Shown: one piece after another, positions 1 through 13,116 of the stretch
Layout of the letters: each line of letters starts with the position of its first letter
Position numbering within the stretch: the stretch's first letter is position 1
From: Octopus sinensis
Lineage: Eukaryota
Length of the DNA stretch: 64,000 bases
Assembly: GCF_006345805.1 (NCBI RefSeq)
Contig: NC_042998.1
Span: 123,132,001-123,196,000, forward strand
Direction of reading: 5' to 3'
Made by a program: the position numbers and the translations under genes
The notes under the pieces: model-generated
Told to the model about the DNA's origin: nothing
The model's input: only the letters and a program-made list of their open reading frames with translations
The model's database searches: none

Positions 1-323
1 AGTCGGAATAAAATTGGATTTCACCCAGACCGTAGATGGTTGAGAAAACAGTGTTATTGTGCTGCAACATTAACTCTGATTCTTTATAGTTTTAAAATCC
101 TTATTTTGGAATTTATGATCTGTTTATGAACACAGGTCAGAATGAGCAACAATCTGACTCCTAGAAACTTTTGTTTTGCTATTTTCGGTATAAATACATG
201 TAATATCCGTCTCTTTATCTTAACTATTCTGATCTTCGATTGTATCATGCTTCCGTTATTTCTTTTTTTCATGTTGCAGCCTGTAATTCCAATAGTAATT
301 GATTTACCATTCCTCATCTTTAG

Positions 324-393
324 AAGAAAAGAATTAAACGAAATAAGAAATAAAGATTCCTATTATATGCCGCCAATGGCTTACGACATATAA
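324..393 (+). CDS. Candidate terminal coding exon of an unidentified gene (RKELNEIRNKDSYYMPPMAYDI*)
   Basis: Pyrimidine-rich acceptor ttaccattcctcatctttag at 304-323, open phase-2 frame to TAA at 391-393, AATAAA at 425-430. No homology recognised; could be chance. Confidence 0.3.
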
Positions 394-1479
394 TCATAAA
401 AAAGCGTAACGCTTTGATGGATAAAATAAAATAATCCTACACAGCTGTGAAAAATTAAAGGTTAGAATTGGCCAGAGAGCCTGATGATGGCATAACTATT
501 TCACATGATTTTATTTCTATAATGATTATCACAGGAGGGAAAAATACGCCATTTAATCAGACAGAATATTTAAAAGGTTGAATGTTTGTTCACTGGAATA
601 ATCTTGGGTCACTAGTTTTGACGATTATACAGAATAGCGAATGATGTATGTACACGTGTATCTGTGTGTTGATATATATCTACACCCATGTTGGTATGAG
701 GATGTACGCTTGTATCACTGTCTAACTATAGTATGTACAGGTGTGCATGATTATTAATAGGAGCTAAATCGATTGATCAATGCTCGGAATATTAACTATT
801 AAATAAAAGTTTTAGCCATCATAATGTTGTATAATACACTATATGGGTGCAAATATAAACAAATATCTCAGATTTCTCCGCGTGATAAGAAAACACAGAA
901 TTGGCCTTACCGAGTTCAAATCAGATGGAATTGCTTCAAATACATGTACCTACTTCATGTGACTCTGGACAGAGATATAACTTATAGCTTTGAATAGTTA
1001 ATATTTATTTGAACGTCTTGAAACTGGTTAGTTCGATTTTTACATCATGGTACTTTCGTTGGTAACGTATGCAATTCATTAATTATGCACTAAAAATCCT
1101 TTGAGGATAATTAGAAAGGTTAACTATACATTTTAATATAGATTACCTTGACGTGATGTGCAATCAAATGTAACAGATAATGAAATATTCAACCTTAACA
1201 ATTCTTACACAACATTTCCTAGCCATAGAATATTTGTTCCCTCCTAATTTACCTCTGACTTGGTTATGCGATAGTAATATACCAGATATGAATTAATCGT
1301 AGCAAAGTATAAAAAGAAAACAACATTTATGTGAAATTACTATCTGAAGTCACAGACCACCTTGAGAAATGTTAACTTCAATTATCCAGTTCTCTTAACC
1401 TTTGCTTTCAGCTAATATTGATTGTCAGTATTGTCAATGTAGCAGAAGTATCTGCAACTCTATAACGCCTTTTAGGTGT

Positions 1480-1610
1480 TTCAAAACAGAAAAAGGAAAA
1501 CGGAAATTAATTTATGCTGGTTTCTTCTTTTACAAAGATAAAATTAATAATAGTAAGACATTATTGTGCCGGTATGAACGTTCTCAGTATTGAATTTGTG
1601 AAATTAGAAA
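1480..1610 (+). mobile_element. Decayed FLYWCH-like zinc-finger fragment (probable Mutator/MULE transposase remnant)
   Basis: FKTEKGKRKLIYAGFFFYKDKINNSKTLLCRYERSQY*IC resembles the FLYWCH pattern F..S.KG...L...GY.Y......K.YW.C......C; the Trp is missing and there is an in-frame stop. Confidence 0.4.
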
Positions 1611-4600
1611 TTACAGTTGTTTTATATTTCAGATTAGCATTAAAGTTGTTTTAAATTGAAGTCTAATTTAATAATTTATCCAACTTTATTTTGTCGCTAT
1701 GAATTGTTGGGAATTTATTGTATATAATTCTGAAGTGTTTGTCTGTGGATTACTGGAGATGAGTGGCGATGAGGAACAAGCGGGGTAAATAAAACTACAC
1801 GCGGGGAAATGTAACTAAAAACTCTTTACTAGTTTCAAATGAATCTTCTCAAAAATTCCGTACCAAACTTATCTGTACACACCAGGAAATATAAATTATA
1901 GTTATTTCTATTCACTGTATATTGCGATATAGCTAAACCTGCTTGTATGACTTGCATTGCAGTGGTTTAGTTGGCAGCAAAGTTAATTAATTAATTTATA
2001 GCCTTCGCATATATCCACTTGCTCATATTATCGTTAATACACTAAAGCGTGTAATTTAAGCTGAAACGTAAAGTAAGTTATATTTTCTGACAAACAATAT
2101 ATATATTAACCATCGTTGAGATGTATAACAGAATGTGTGTGGTCATATGTGAACAGAAGTGGGTTTGACTCTCACTGGACAGGAAAAAAAAGAATAGTTG
2201 TTCTAATCACTTTCCATTCTACATGGAATTTCATCAGCGATCACGTTCACACTACTTCTCCCTATGATGAGAATTATAGGTTATGGCTATTCATAGGCAA
2301 TATATATATATATATCTAGACTTCGCCAAGCCTAATTCAATTCTGTTTTTAGTACTACCTTGGGCAATGGTTTCAATCTATCACTTGGTGTTGAAATAGA
2401 CAGAGTATATTTCTTCATTAACGAACTGCACAACATTTTACCCAATATATTCGTCTATACTTCACAAGGGCGGCTGAAACTATATTGTTTATTATGAAGC
2501 ATTTCATACTTTACATTTCAAGTTATCTGACGTATATGATTAGTCATTATGTGATTTGTTGCCTAGGAATGCACTATTATGCAATTTGGAGTATCTGTTT
2601 TAGCAACGTTTTTAAATGGAGTGAACATAAATAACTATAAACTCTACGCATATTCGATTAAGCATCACAATGTTGGGATAAAACATGTATTGTTTATCAT
2701 AAGATATTCCTTACAATTTAGATGATGCATCATAGTACAGTATAAAAATCTATTATGCAACACGTAGCGAGGTTTGCGGGTAGAGTTTCACATTTGAACT
2801 TCTGTTTATATCCTGAGATATTCTTGCAGCTACTTGCTATAAGAAAAAGTAAATATAAATAAGGGATTCATATGACTACTTGCCCGTAATAAAGTGTTTT
2901 TAGCGTGTCAATTGTGGTTTATAAAATAGGGGATGGGGATGTAATTTATTAAATCCTTAAAAATGAAATCGAGAAACTTAATTTAGTATTGACTCATTAA
3001 ATATTACCGAAACATAGCATAGGTTAATTTCTCGGTATCTTAATTTACATCAATTTGTCCTATTTTGTGAAGAGCCTTCTTTCAGTGGTAGAAAGAAATT
3101 TAAATGCATGACCTCGTTCTGATTGTCATCATCTAAATTCAGCTACTTGATTGACACTACCAGGAAATGTATAGTTGACTATATTTCATTGGAAGTAATG
3201 TTAAATATATTAGAATTATGTGATTGGTATATGAACAAATAGGCGTGTCGAAACCTAGCTGGCTATTAATAAGATTTGGAAAGAAATTGGAGACAGACCT
3301 TCCCTTCTTCTCAGCGTCTCTAGAATTCATAAGGTGTTAGGAAAGAATGACAACAGGAAATAAATATTAATGTTAAAATTTTGAATAGAAAATATAAAAA
3401 TTTATATCGGATATATAAATCTCTGCGGTATCAACTATCAGGAGAATTTCAGTTTTAGGAATGATAGAATCACTCAAGTAGTCGGAATACAGCAGAGAAT
3501 ATGGAAGCGTTTTTCTGAAAAGTAAAAAAACTTTTACAGGAAAAATAAAATATTTTGTAAAATAAATGATGTATCCTGTGTGTGACTATCCACAGTAATT
3601 CCTTTAGCTAATATTAAATTCTAAATATGCTACAACACCACGCTTTACTTATTGTTACAGTTGGTTGAAATCCATCTCAGTAGTTTAATGATACTAATCT
3701 TAATACGAAGTATTAAACTCACAGTTTTTTCCCATATAACTTCAGAAAGTATATACCGATTGTCTCATGAGAACCAGGTATTGTGAGAACTCTCATGAGT
3801 ACTAAATATCGTGCACCTACACCATAGTTACTGGCGGAATATTGAGGTGCACGGAATTACACTTGATAAGAGAGTGCGTACATCTCCTGATGTTTACTCT
3901 GCACTCAGTGTAATTCATCCCATTACGTATGCTTCTCATCAATGCATAAACAAAATAATTTGACGTGCACCTGGTAGTTTAACGCACATTTGAAAACGAT
4001 TTACGATTACAGTACACTTCATTTTAGTAATATAAAGCTGTCGTCTACTAGTGATCTATTTTGGCAGCATTAAAGGTGTAATTTTGTGATAATGACGCAA
4101 ATCACACTTACTATGGAGCTTACTCGGTAAAGAAGAAAGCTATGATCAAGTGTAGCTGGCTTTCATTTACAAGTAGTGTTGTCCTGGACATTCAGCATTA
4201 TTCACTCATGTCAATTGATATTAAAAGGTGTCTTGATTTCTACAAAATTGTATAGCTGTCTTAATAACATGAGCATCTCTATTTTGTACGCAAAAGCTGC
4301 TAACAATCATCACCAAAGGCTTTAAATTAGTTTATGCAATATGCGTTGCACTGCACAAGCGTTTACCTGGACATTGCACTATCCAAGTCAATGTGAAAGC
4401 ACGTTATCGACACTGGAAGCATGATAGGATCAGTTGACTCCGTGGAATTTAAACTCAGATCGAAATAACTGAAACAAATATTATAAGGAATATTGTCCTA
4501 CACTTTAATGAATCAACTAATCTAGCTCCTTTATTATAGAATAGACACTATCTAAAGAAGCGAAAAAATGCTAATTCTCACGTGATGTGTTTTAAAAGAG

Positions 4601-4639
4601 ATGAGAGGCACACAATAGTACAGGAAGAACAAACAATTA

Positions 4640-7600
4640 CACTGGGTGAAAGAACTGAAACACATTGGCTTATGGAATGATTTTTTGAATATATATTGGA
4701 TGGAAAATGATACCTGAAAGAAGAACTGCATTTGCAGCTCGTGAACTTCAAAAGTTCAATTCTGACATTGTTTGTCTGAGCAAGACCACGCGAGCAGGAG
4801 AGGGAGTACTGAAAAAGGGACACGGCCAATACAACTTTTTGAAAGATCTTGACCTTGAACAACCTAGGGTCTATGGCGTGGGCCATACCATCCGAAGCAA
4901 TTTGCTTCGGAAAGTAGTAAGCTCTCAGAATCAATGAACGACTTATGATTCTGAGGATTGACATAAATCAACATGCTACCATTATGAGTGCTTAAACTCC
5001 AACTTTTGACGACAAAAAAAAAAACTTCTATATTCAGCATGATGAAATTCTCTCTTCCACTCGAAATGAAGACAAATGGTAGGACATGGTGACTTAAATG
5101 CCAAAGTCGGACTGATTACTATCTCTGGAACGGGACCGCCGGAAAAGAAGGAATTTGCTGGATCAATCCTAACTTCTAACCAAGTGTGCTGAGTATGATC
5201 TGGTGATTACCAATACATTATTTTGCCAGCAAAACAAAAGTACAAAGCTACATAGCAACATCTAAAACACTGGCACCTGATTGACTATGCCATTAGAAGA
5301 ATCCGTGATAGTCAAGGTATGCTGAAGACCCAAGACATCACATGTGCAGATAAATGTTAGACAGACTATCGTCCGTCTACAAGAATATGAAGATTCGACG
5401 AAAAAGGAGACATCAAAACCAAAATCAGAATAGCAGCATTAAAGTTGTAAAACTTCAGGATCCTGAAGTTTCCCGTCACCAGTAAAATCCCCGCGAACAT
5501 CTGCCCCAAAATTCCCCACATACTTTCAAAGAAAACTGGAAAAATTCTTAAAAATCCCATCTTCATCATCTTCAAGAAACGCATGGTTTCGTGACCAGGC
5601 AACATCAATAATTCATCGGCAATAAAAAGAGTGCTCTACAAAACAGCGTGTCAATAAGAAGCAAAAGTACGGAAAATGCAAAGTTGTCGTTAAAAGAGTC
5701 ACCCGATATCTAAGAAATCAATTGTTGAGGGTAAAGCTCATGAAATTCATCAGCTAGCTGATGCCAACATACACGAGGCTTTTTCAATTCAACTGAAGCT
5801 ATCCTTAGTATTTCGATGCATAGCTGAGCCCCTCTTAAAAGCAAAGTCGGTAACACCATCTTTAAATCCAATATTGCTATAAGTACGAGGTTGGATGAAC
5901 ACTTTGAAAATTTTCTGGACCAACTTGTCACCTTTGACTAGAACATTTCCTCAGTAAATTCCCTATCGTTGATGACATTAGTGAAGTCATCAGAGGCTTT
6001 AAAAATAAAGCTGAAGAACTAAATGAAATGTTAGTTGAAGCTTTAAAACCAGGTAAGCTTTTGATTCATTATCGACTCCATCAACTCCGATTAAAATTTG
6101 GATAAATGAGAAAAATGCTACCTGATCTCAGAGATTCAGATATTGTTACCATATATAACAAAAAAAAAAAACAGAGAAAGGAGATCGTCCAGATAGTGGA
6201 ATGGGGAACTACTGGGAAATTTCCCTGTTAGCTACAATAGTAAAATCCTGCCCCTTATTCGGAAACACAGACTGAACTCGATCGCTGAGAAGATCCTTCC
6301 AGAAATGGAAGCTAGAAACAGAGCATCACGCGGAACAACAGATACGATATTCACCAAGCGACAACTGCGAGTGAAGTGCCGCAAACAACTTCAACTTTGT
6401 AAATAGTATTCATTGATATTACTAAAACATTTGACTCCGTTTTCGAAGGATCTCCTGTGAGGCATCTTATCCATCTATGGTTGCCCTGATAAATTCATTA
6501 GGATTTTTCGGCTTCACAGCAATATGTGTGTGTTTGGGGGTCCTAGTCAACAACTATGACACTGAAATATTTCCCAATAAGATCAGAAGTGAAACAAGGC
6601 TATGTTGTAGCTCCCTCTCTCTTCACCATCTTTATTGCCACCATCAAGGAAATCATCAAGGTGAATATTCCATCAGGAATTTTAATTATTTATCAAACTG
6701 ACGGCAAGCTTTTCAGCCTTGCCCGATTGAGGTCCAAAAGCAAATATCAACATGCTCCATATTCAGCTTCTATATGCTGATGGCAACAGCATTATCGAAT
6801 TACCTGAAGAAAATAGGCAACAGGTCCTCAATGACTTCCTTCAGTGTTACCGAAAACTGAGACTCACAATCAATTACAAGAAGACATTGTAGTGATCCTA
6901 CAACGGCGCGCGCTCGCGCACCGTCCATTTGTATTTCGCGCGTGTTGGTGCCTTTACCAAGGCAGAGAAAGGAAGGGCCCTCTCGCGCATGCGCGAACCA
7001 CCGGAAGCACGACCCGCTTGCCTATTGTGGTAGTTAGCGAGGCAAGGGGGTCGTAGAACGTTTGACCACTAGCAGCAGTCATCGGGGACTTGGGACCCAG
7101 CGATTGAAGGCGGCGGTCAGGCATATGTTCTCTCCGTTCGAACTGATTCTAGCAGTCCTTTGGCCGAAGACTTTTAACCAAAATTGTTGCCGACCACATT
7201 CAACTTCCCTGTTCGACGCCATCTTGATCCCTTTCTGGTTTAGCGGCTGGACATTGTAAATATTACAATCGATTTACTTTCAGCCTTGCGCGCCCCGAAC
7301 CAAGGACATCAGATAACACGCTTATTGTTATTGTTACCAAGAAAGAGAATAAAGTAGTTATATATATATTTCACGTCTGCGTCTTGTTGTTTCTGACTAG
7401 TAGAATTCTGGATTATTAAAGCAACGGCTAGTGAGAGTGATTGCTTTCTTGTACCCCGAAAGTACAAGACAAGATATTTACACTCATCTAAGTTCGTTAC
7501 AACATAAATCATCTTCCGACCATCACTAGTCGAGGCAGATAGTGTATAACAACCCCCTGGAATTGAGGGCGTAGTCTTAGAAACCGCGAATCGTTTTCCG

Positions 7601-8360
7601 TATCTGGGAAGTCGTCACTCTCTCAATAGTGATATCGGTAACAAATTCAGCATCATCTCAAAAGCACTTGTACTGCCGTTGGCAGGATCGAGATATTCGA
7701 ACTGACTCAAAAATGATGTTATACATGATGGTGGTGATCCCCATTCTCCTATATGCATTCTAGGACTGGACTATGTACAGAAGATACGTAAAATCTCTTA
7801 AGCGTATCACCAGCGTTGCCTTCGAAAGTTTCTCAACATCAACTGGGAAGAAAGAAGGACAAACCTCACTGTGTTGAAAGACGCCAACATGACTTCCATT
7901 GAAGTCATCCTTATCTAAAAACAGCTGGGATGTGCTGGTCATTTTGTCGTGATGAAAACAACCATCTACTGAACGGGTGTCTTGCTCCCAACAAAAAGAG
8001 GGAAAACGAAGAGGTCAACAAAAGAATTGTTTCGAAGATGCTTTGAATGTAAACATCAAGAGAAAATATTATTGACATCGAGGACTGGGAGAGAAATGAT
8101 CAAGATCGAGAACGATAGAAATCCATCATCAAAGTGAAACGAACAACTTTTGGAACTAGTGGGACTGCTGAACAAGAAGGAAAGAGGAAGCACAGGAAAT
8201 ATAGTCAAGAACAGCAGGAGCGGACCTTCCATCCGCAACCGCCTGTCACACATGTGAAAGGAACTTCCGAGCAAGAGTTGGAGTCATCAGTCACCCCCAG
8301 AACCCACAAATATATATAAATAAAAGCAACATCCTCGATCTCGAGGGATAGCCACAACAA
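4640..8360 (+). mobile_element. RTE-clade LINE, near full-length ORF but heavily decayed; interrupted by a solo LTR at 6888-7501
   Basis: APE endonuclease motifs (PERRTAFAARELQKFNSDIVCLSKT, RVYGVGHTIR), RT motifs (FDS after IDITK, EVKQGYVVAPSLF, LLYADG, CYRKLRLTINYKKT, RFPYLGS), thumb region (YHQRCLRKFLNINW), and a 3' hairpin atcctcga-tc-tcgagggat near 8329-8349. Many stops and frameshifts. Confidence 0.93.
6888..7501. mobile_element. Solo LTR (614 bp), probably Gypsy/Ty3-type
   Basis: Begins TGTAGT and ends GTTACA (TGTA...TACA inverted ends); flanked by a 4-bp direct repeat ACAT (6884-6887 and 7502-7505). Removing it restores the RTE frame KKT-*-IIFRP. CpG-rich, with AATAAA near 7348. Confidence 0.88.
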
Positions 8361-9447
8361 TATTTTATCAGTTTGGAACGACTAGGAGAAATTTGCTCTT
8401 TAGATTATGAAGTCACTTTGCAGATTAAAGAACATTTACTTACTATAATTTTATGGCTGCGATTGCTGCTCAAAAAAGTTGCCACTGAGTTGGTTTATTT
8501 CTTTCGTGTTTTTTGCTTAGTTGTGCTCTTTGTAATTTTTCCTGATTTCCATGTTAGATTAAATGCCAGAAATTACTCGTGTAATCTATGGTGGATCTAA
8601 TACATTGTTTTTCGCTAATATACTTGGTTATTTTGTGATGATCAAATGCAGTAATTATGACACTCAAAGAAACTTAAAAAAATATTGGATATATATTGGA
8701 AGTAGATGTGTTATGCCTCAGTCAGGCAATCAATAAACAGTGTAGTTAGAGTTATGACAGACAGAAATAAAGTATCCTTTGTTATTATCATCTAGCGAAT
8801 AGAGGAATGGCAACTCTAGGTCACTTACAACGCAGTTCTTATCTGTAAATAAAAACATAGATAACAGGGAGAGAGAAAAGTAAAATCGGGGAGAGAATAT
8901 TAGGGATCCTCTGAACTTCAAGTTTATTAGTTGTAGATCTAAAGAACACAAAAGTAAAATAAAATAATACTAGTTTGATTCTATTAGTGAACATTATCAA
9001 AAATTAGAAGTTCAAAGACAAAGCAGAAAAAGGGAACTACAAACCATTAATGAAATATTAACTGAGAAATATTAATGTTTTCAGCATTTTAATCGTTAGC
9101 CGTTGTTACATTCTCATCTGTGGGGCAAACTAACTTCAAAATAGTATGTGCATATTAAATTATATTCCATAAATCATAAAGTGAGAAAGAGGGAGAGAGA
9201 GGAGGAAGATAGTGAGCGAGAAAGAATGAGAGAGAGAGAGAGAGAGAGACAGCGACAAACAAACAGACATGCAGGGAGAAAGACACGAAAAAAGGTGCAT
9301 ATTAAGAGTGACGCTAATGCACATTAGGAAATTTAATCTAAATTGCATTGGTATACTCCTATAGCACTAATTTCAAAGTAGGTAAATTCTGTTTGAAATT
9401 CTAGACGCAATGAGCAAAGAGGATATGAGCAAGCATTACGAGGATTA

Positions 9448-9689
9448 TATACATACATACATACATACATACATACATACATACAAACATACATACATAC
9501 ATACACACATAAATACATACATACATACGTACATACATGCATACATACATACGTGCCTACGTACGTAATTACGTACATACATATGTACGTACTTACATAT
9601 ACATGCATTCATACATTTACATATGCATACGTGCATACAAACGTTTCTGTCACATCTTCTCTATATCTATATATCATTCTATGTATATA

Positions 9690-9745
<56 letters not shown>
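9448..9745. repeat. (TACA)n / (TA)n / (TG)n compound microsatellite
   Basis: Directly visible tandem repeats; source of the MYVC/HTYI pseudo-ORFs. Confidence 0.95.
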
Positions 9746-11478
9746 GGAGAAATATGCATTTCATTAGCTCTGAAATAATTTCAAGATTATAATCCTATGA
9801 CAGAATATGCGACTCTATGGAGTCATGTCGCATTCATATTTCCTGCAGTCACTACCACACATGGATCCTCATTTACACTGACTGTTTAAATTTTAATCAT
9901 AAACTAATTGAACAATCTGAACCATAGGTGGCTTCTTTTCGCCTCGTAACTAACAAATTTATAAATAGTTGGTCAATAAGGTCATGTGTCATGTGTGTAT
10001 TTTCCTGCATCGGACCGAGTTAGAAAGAACTATTCTTTGCTTCTTGAACTGAAATGTTTCCTTTCAGTTTTAGAACTGAATTTTTTCAAGGTAAAACTCA
10101 TGTGTATGTATGTATGAATGTGAGAATTTGTTTGCACGTGTACATGTGTGAGTGCGTGTTAGAGCGTGTGTATGTGCGTGTACGTATGCATGTGTGTGTG
10201 GATGTGTATCTGTCGATGTGCTGTGATCACTTCATTACTGAGAATTATAGCACTGTGACTCATCTGTTGAAAAGAATATCACTCTTGTCATAATATTAAC
10301 GAAATTAGAGCTATGAGCTCTATAAATTGAATGAGTTTTCCCGGTTGTATCTAATAAAATATACAAAATAACTGCCGATAACTTTTCATAATCTTCGATA
10401 GAATGTATGACATCACAGAACATAAATAATAACACATTTATTTAGAGAAAGTACACTTTAAGTTAATGTAGGTGTTTTAGTTTGGCGAATATACTACACG
10501 AAGAAATAAATGGGGGGCGATCAACACATATACTAAGTTGAGTTTCAATAAACAATATTTTAGACTAAATATTGAAAACCACAATAGGATAGCAACAATA
10601 AATTTACTGAAAAAAGATATATATGAACTAATAAAATATATCAGATGCATATACTTGAATGTACAAGCAGATGAATATTGAAAAGAACAAAATCTAGATC
10701 GAATGAAAAAGCCAAAATTCAGAAAACTTCAGAGAAACGAAAACAAAAAGAAAACTGTAAAAGAAATGGGGAAAGAAAAGGTTTAACAAGAAATAAAGGG
10801 ATATGCGTTACGTTCTGATATATTTTGTTGTACTGGTTATGAGTGAGATTAGATTAATATTTGAATATTTTTATAGTGGTACTGACACTGAATACAGAAT
10901 TACAAATATTTCCGAAAATTCTTCCCCCTCATCTAGCTATAAAATCAAAATAGTATGGCGAAGAACAAATCACATTACAATATTTGACAGTGTCCTTTCG
11001 ATAATATAATTAGGGAGTTCTTCCAAAGTGAAAAGATGACTGCAAATATCATTAGGCCTAAAATATTTTGAGAATGTGCTTTTGGTACGGCGACGACAGT
11101 GGAGAAAAAATGAGTTCATGACAAATTTCTAACATCTGTGATTCAAAGCATGGTTTTTAGAAGTTTTGTAATTCTTTCCTCTGCCAAAAACTCACTTAAA
11201 TCCGGGAGACTGAATTAATGCTGCAGATCACATATTATTTCACATGACAGTCAAATCAAATATAATTGCAACGAATATTTATTTTAGTTCAAAACATGTG
11301 ATTTGAAGATGTTTTTGAAGATGGCCATAATATGTTTATCAATCTATTGTATGGCAATTATAGAATCGAATTTGATTATATTTCAACTCTAAATAACTTA
11401 AAATTAAATAACACTTATCATTTAAAATAATGTTACGTATATAATAATATGATATAATATATAAAAATATAGAACAAT

Positions 11479-11497
11479 ATATATATATATATGTATG

Positions 11498-11531
<34 letters not shown>

Positions 11532-11549
11532 TGTATGTATGTATGTATG

Positions 11550-11580
<31 letters not shown>

Positions 11581-11732
11581 GGGGGGGGGTATACATGTAA
11601 TATGTAACAATTATTCGGTAGCCAAGATAAAACTCTGAGTTTCGGATGCCGAGGTGGAAATCCACACCACCATCTCTTCAGTTATCTGGCCATCGAAATA
11701 TAAATATATATATATTATAATATATATATATA

Positions 11733-11784
<52 letters not shown>

Positions 11785-11798
11785 ATATATATATTATA
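11479..11798. repeat. (TA)n and (TATG)n microsatellites
   Basis: Directly visible. Confidence 0.95.
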
Positions 11799-11859
11799 AT
11801 AGAATAATTTTCTGTGAAGCATTGTGTAGAATAAATTGTATAAAAGATCGTGTATAAAA

Positions 11860-12000
11860 GATGCAAGTATTTTAGTCTTCTGGGTGCAGAATTTCAGACC
11901 GAAATTATCATATGCACTTTTGAAGTTGTTGGCAAATTCCTGAAATTCGTCGGCAATTTATACTTCGATAGTGTATTCCACATTCTGTTCAGACTTCGGT
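11860..12000 (-). mobile_element. Short RTE-type reverse transcriptase fragment
   Basis: Minus strand reads EV*IADEFQEFANNFKSAYDNFGLKFCTQKTKILA, like the RTE segment after YADD (LQ.L...F..A...FGL.I...KT). Confidence 0.5.
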
Positions 12001-12792
12001 TACAAAAACTTTCAACCTCACACATGCCATACACACACACAGAATCATGTATATAAATTAATAAATAGATGAGAAAAAATACAGGAGTTATGTACCCACT
12101 TGTACACCTTTACAGTTTTTTCTGCTATTAGGAAACACGCATCCAGCGTTGAATGCTCATTCGCTATCTTATAACGTTCTGAGGGTAATTGCAGTGTCAC
12201 TCAAATAAACGTTAAATGTTTGAATGTCCGACCAGTCGTAACAGAAAAAGGTGTATGCTAATGAATGTGAGTATGTAAATCCTGGTTTTCTGTCATTTGT
12301 GTCTTAATAATATGCTCTGTATTGACTGGTAGGTCTGTATAAGAGTCCGGAGCGGAGAACGTCGAATAATTCACTCGGATTTATTTGCCGTATGTAACTA
12401 ATAGTATAAACTATAAATATAGTGACGTCCAGCCCATGGATATTGGTACCGTTCATAATGTTAGTTTAACAGAGTAAATACGTTAAGTGAATAAAGACGT
12501 GTATTTTTGTCGAGCTTCTAAATACATCTGACAATTTGATTCCACACAGAACATAGTTTAGCGGGAAACGGTGTGCAGTTATTTTAAAACATGCTGGTAC
12601 GTAAAACAGGTGAAAAAATATTGAAACATTTTATGACCGCAGAAATTCATTTATATGTGTTAATGTACAAATATAAATATATATATATATATATAATTTC
12701 AACAATTGAGGGTAAAATTAATTAATTATTAATCAATTTCACCAAGTATTCAGTATGCAAAGGGACCATTTAAGGCGAATTCAAATTATTAC

Positions 12793-13079
12793 ATTATATA
12801 AAAGGGCTTAGTAAAATAAATTACTTTGCCGCATACTGAACTCATTAGAAATAGTAGCTAAAAAAACATTTTTAAAACTATTTCTAATACTTAAAGAAAA
12901 CCTCTCTCATATAGTGTTTGCTCAATTCAACTCAATTCAACTTCGTGAGTTGAATTGAGCAAACACTATATGAGAGAGGTTTTCTTTAAGTATTAGAAAT
13001 AGTTTTAAAAAAGTTTTTTTAGCTACTATTTCTAATGAGTTCAGTATGCGGCAAAGTAATTTATTTTACTAAGCCCTTT

Positions 13080-13087
<8 letters not shown>
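12793..13087. repeat. Near-perfect long inverted repeat (141-bp arms, 13-nt spacer)
   Basis: 12793-12933 is the reverse complement of 12947-13087 with one mismatch in an A/T run; the spacer is aattcaacttcgt and ctcaattcaa is tandemly duplicated at the apex. Confidence 0.95.

Positions 13088-13111
<24 letters not shown>

Positions 13112-13116
<5 letters not shown>

Noticed and set aside
911-964. Minus-strand segment with a strong acceptor and GTAAGG donor
   Set aside because: Stops occur in all three frames; at most a non-coding exon, with no evidence.
2558-2571. Second X-box-like sequence GTTGCCTAGGAATG
   Set aside because: The right half-site deviates from RGYAAC at several positions; likely chance.
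10877-10952. GTDTEYRITNISENSSPSSSYKIKI, reminiscent of a fibronectin type III strand
   Set aside because: Spacing and the conserved Leu/Pro/Tyr pattern fit poorly, and no companion exon is visible.
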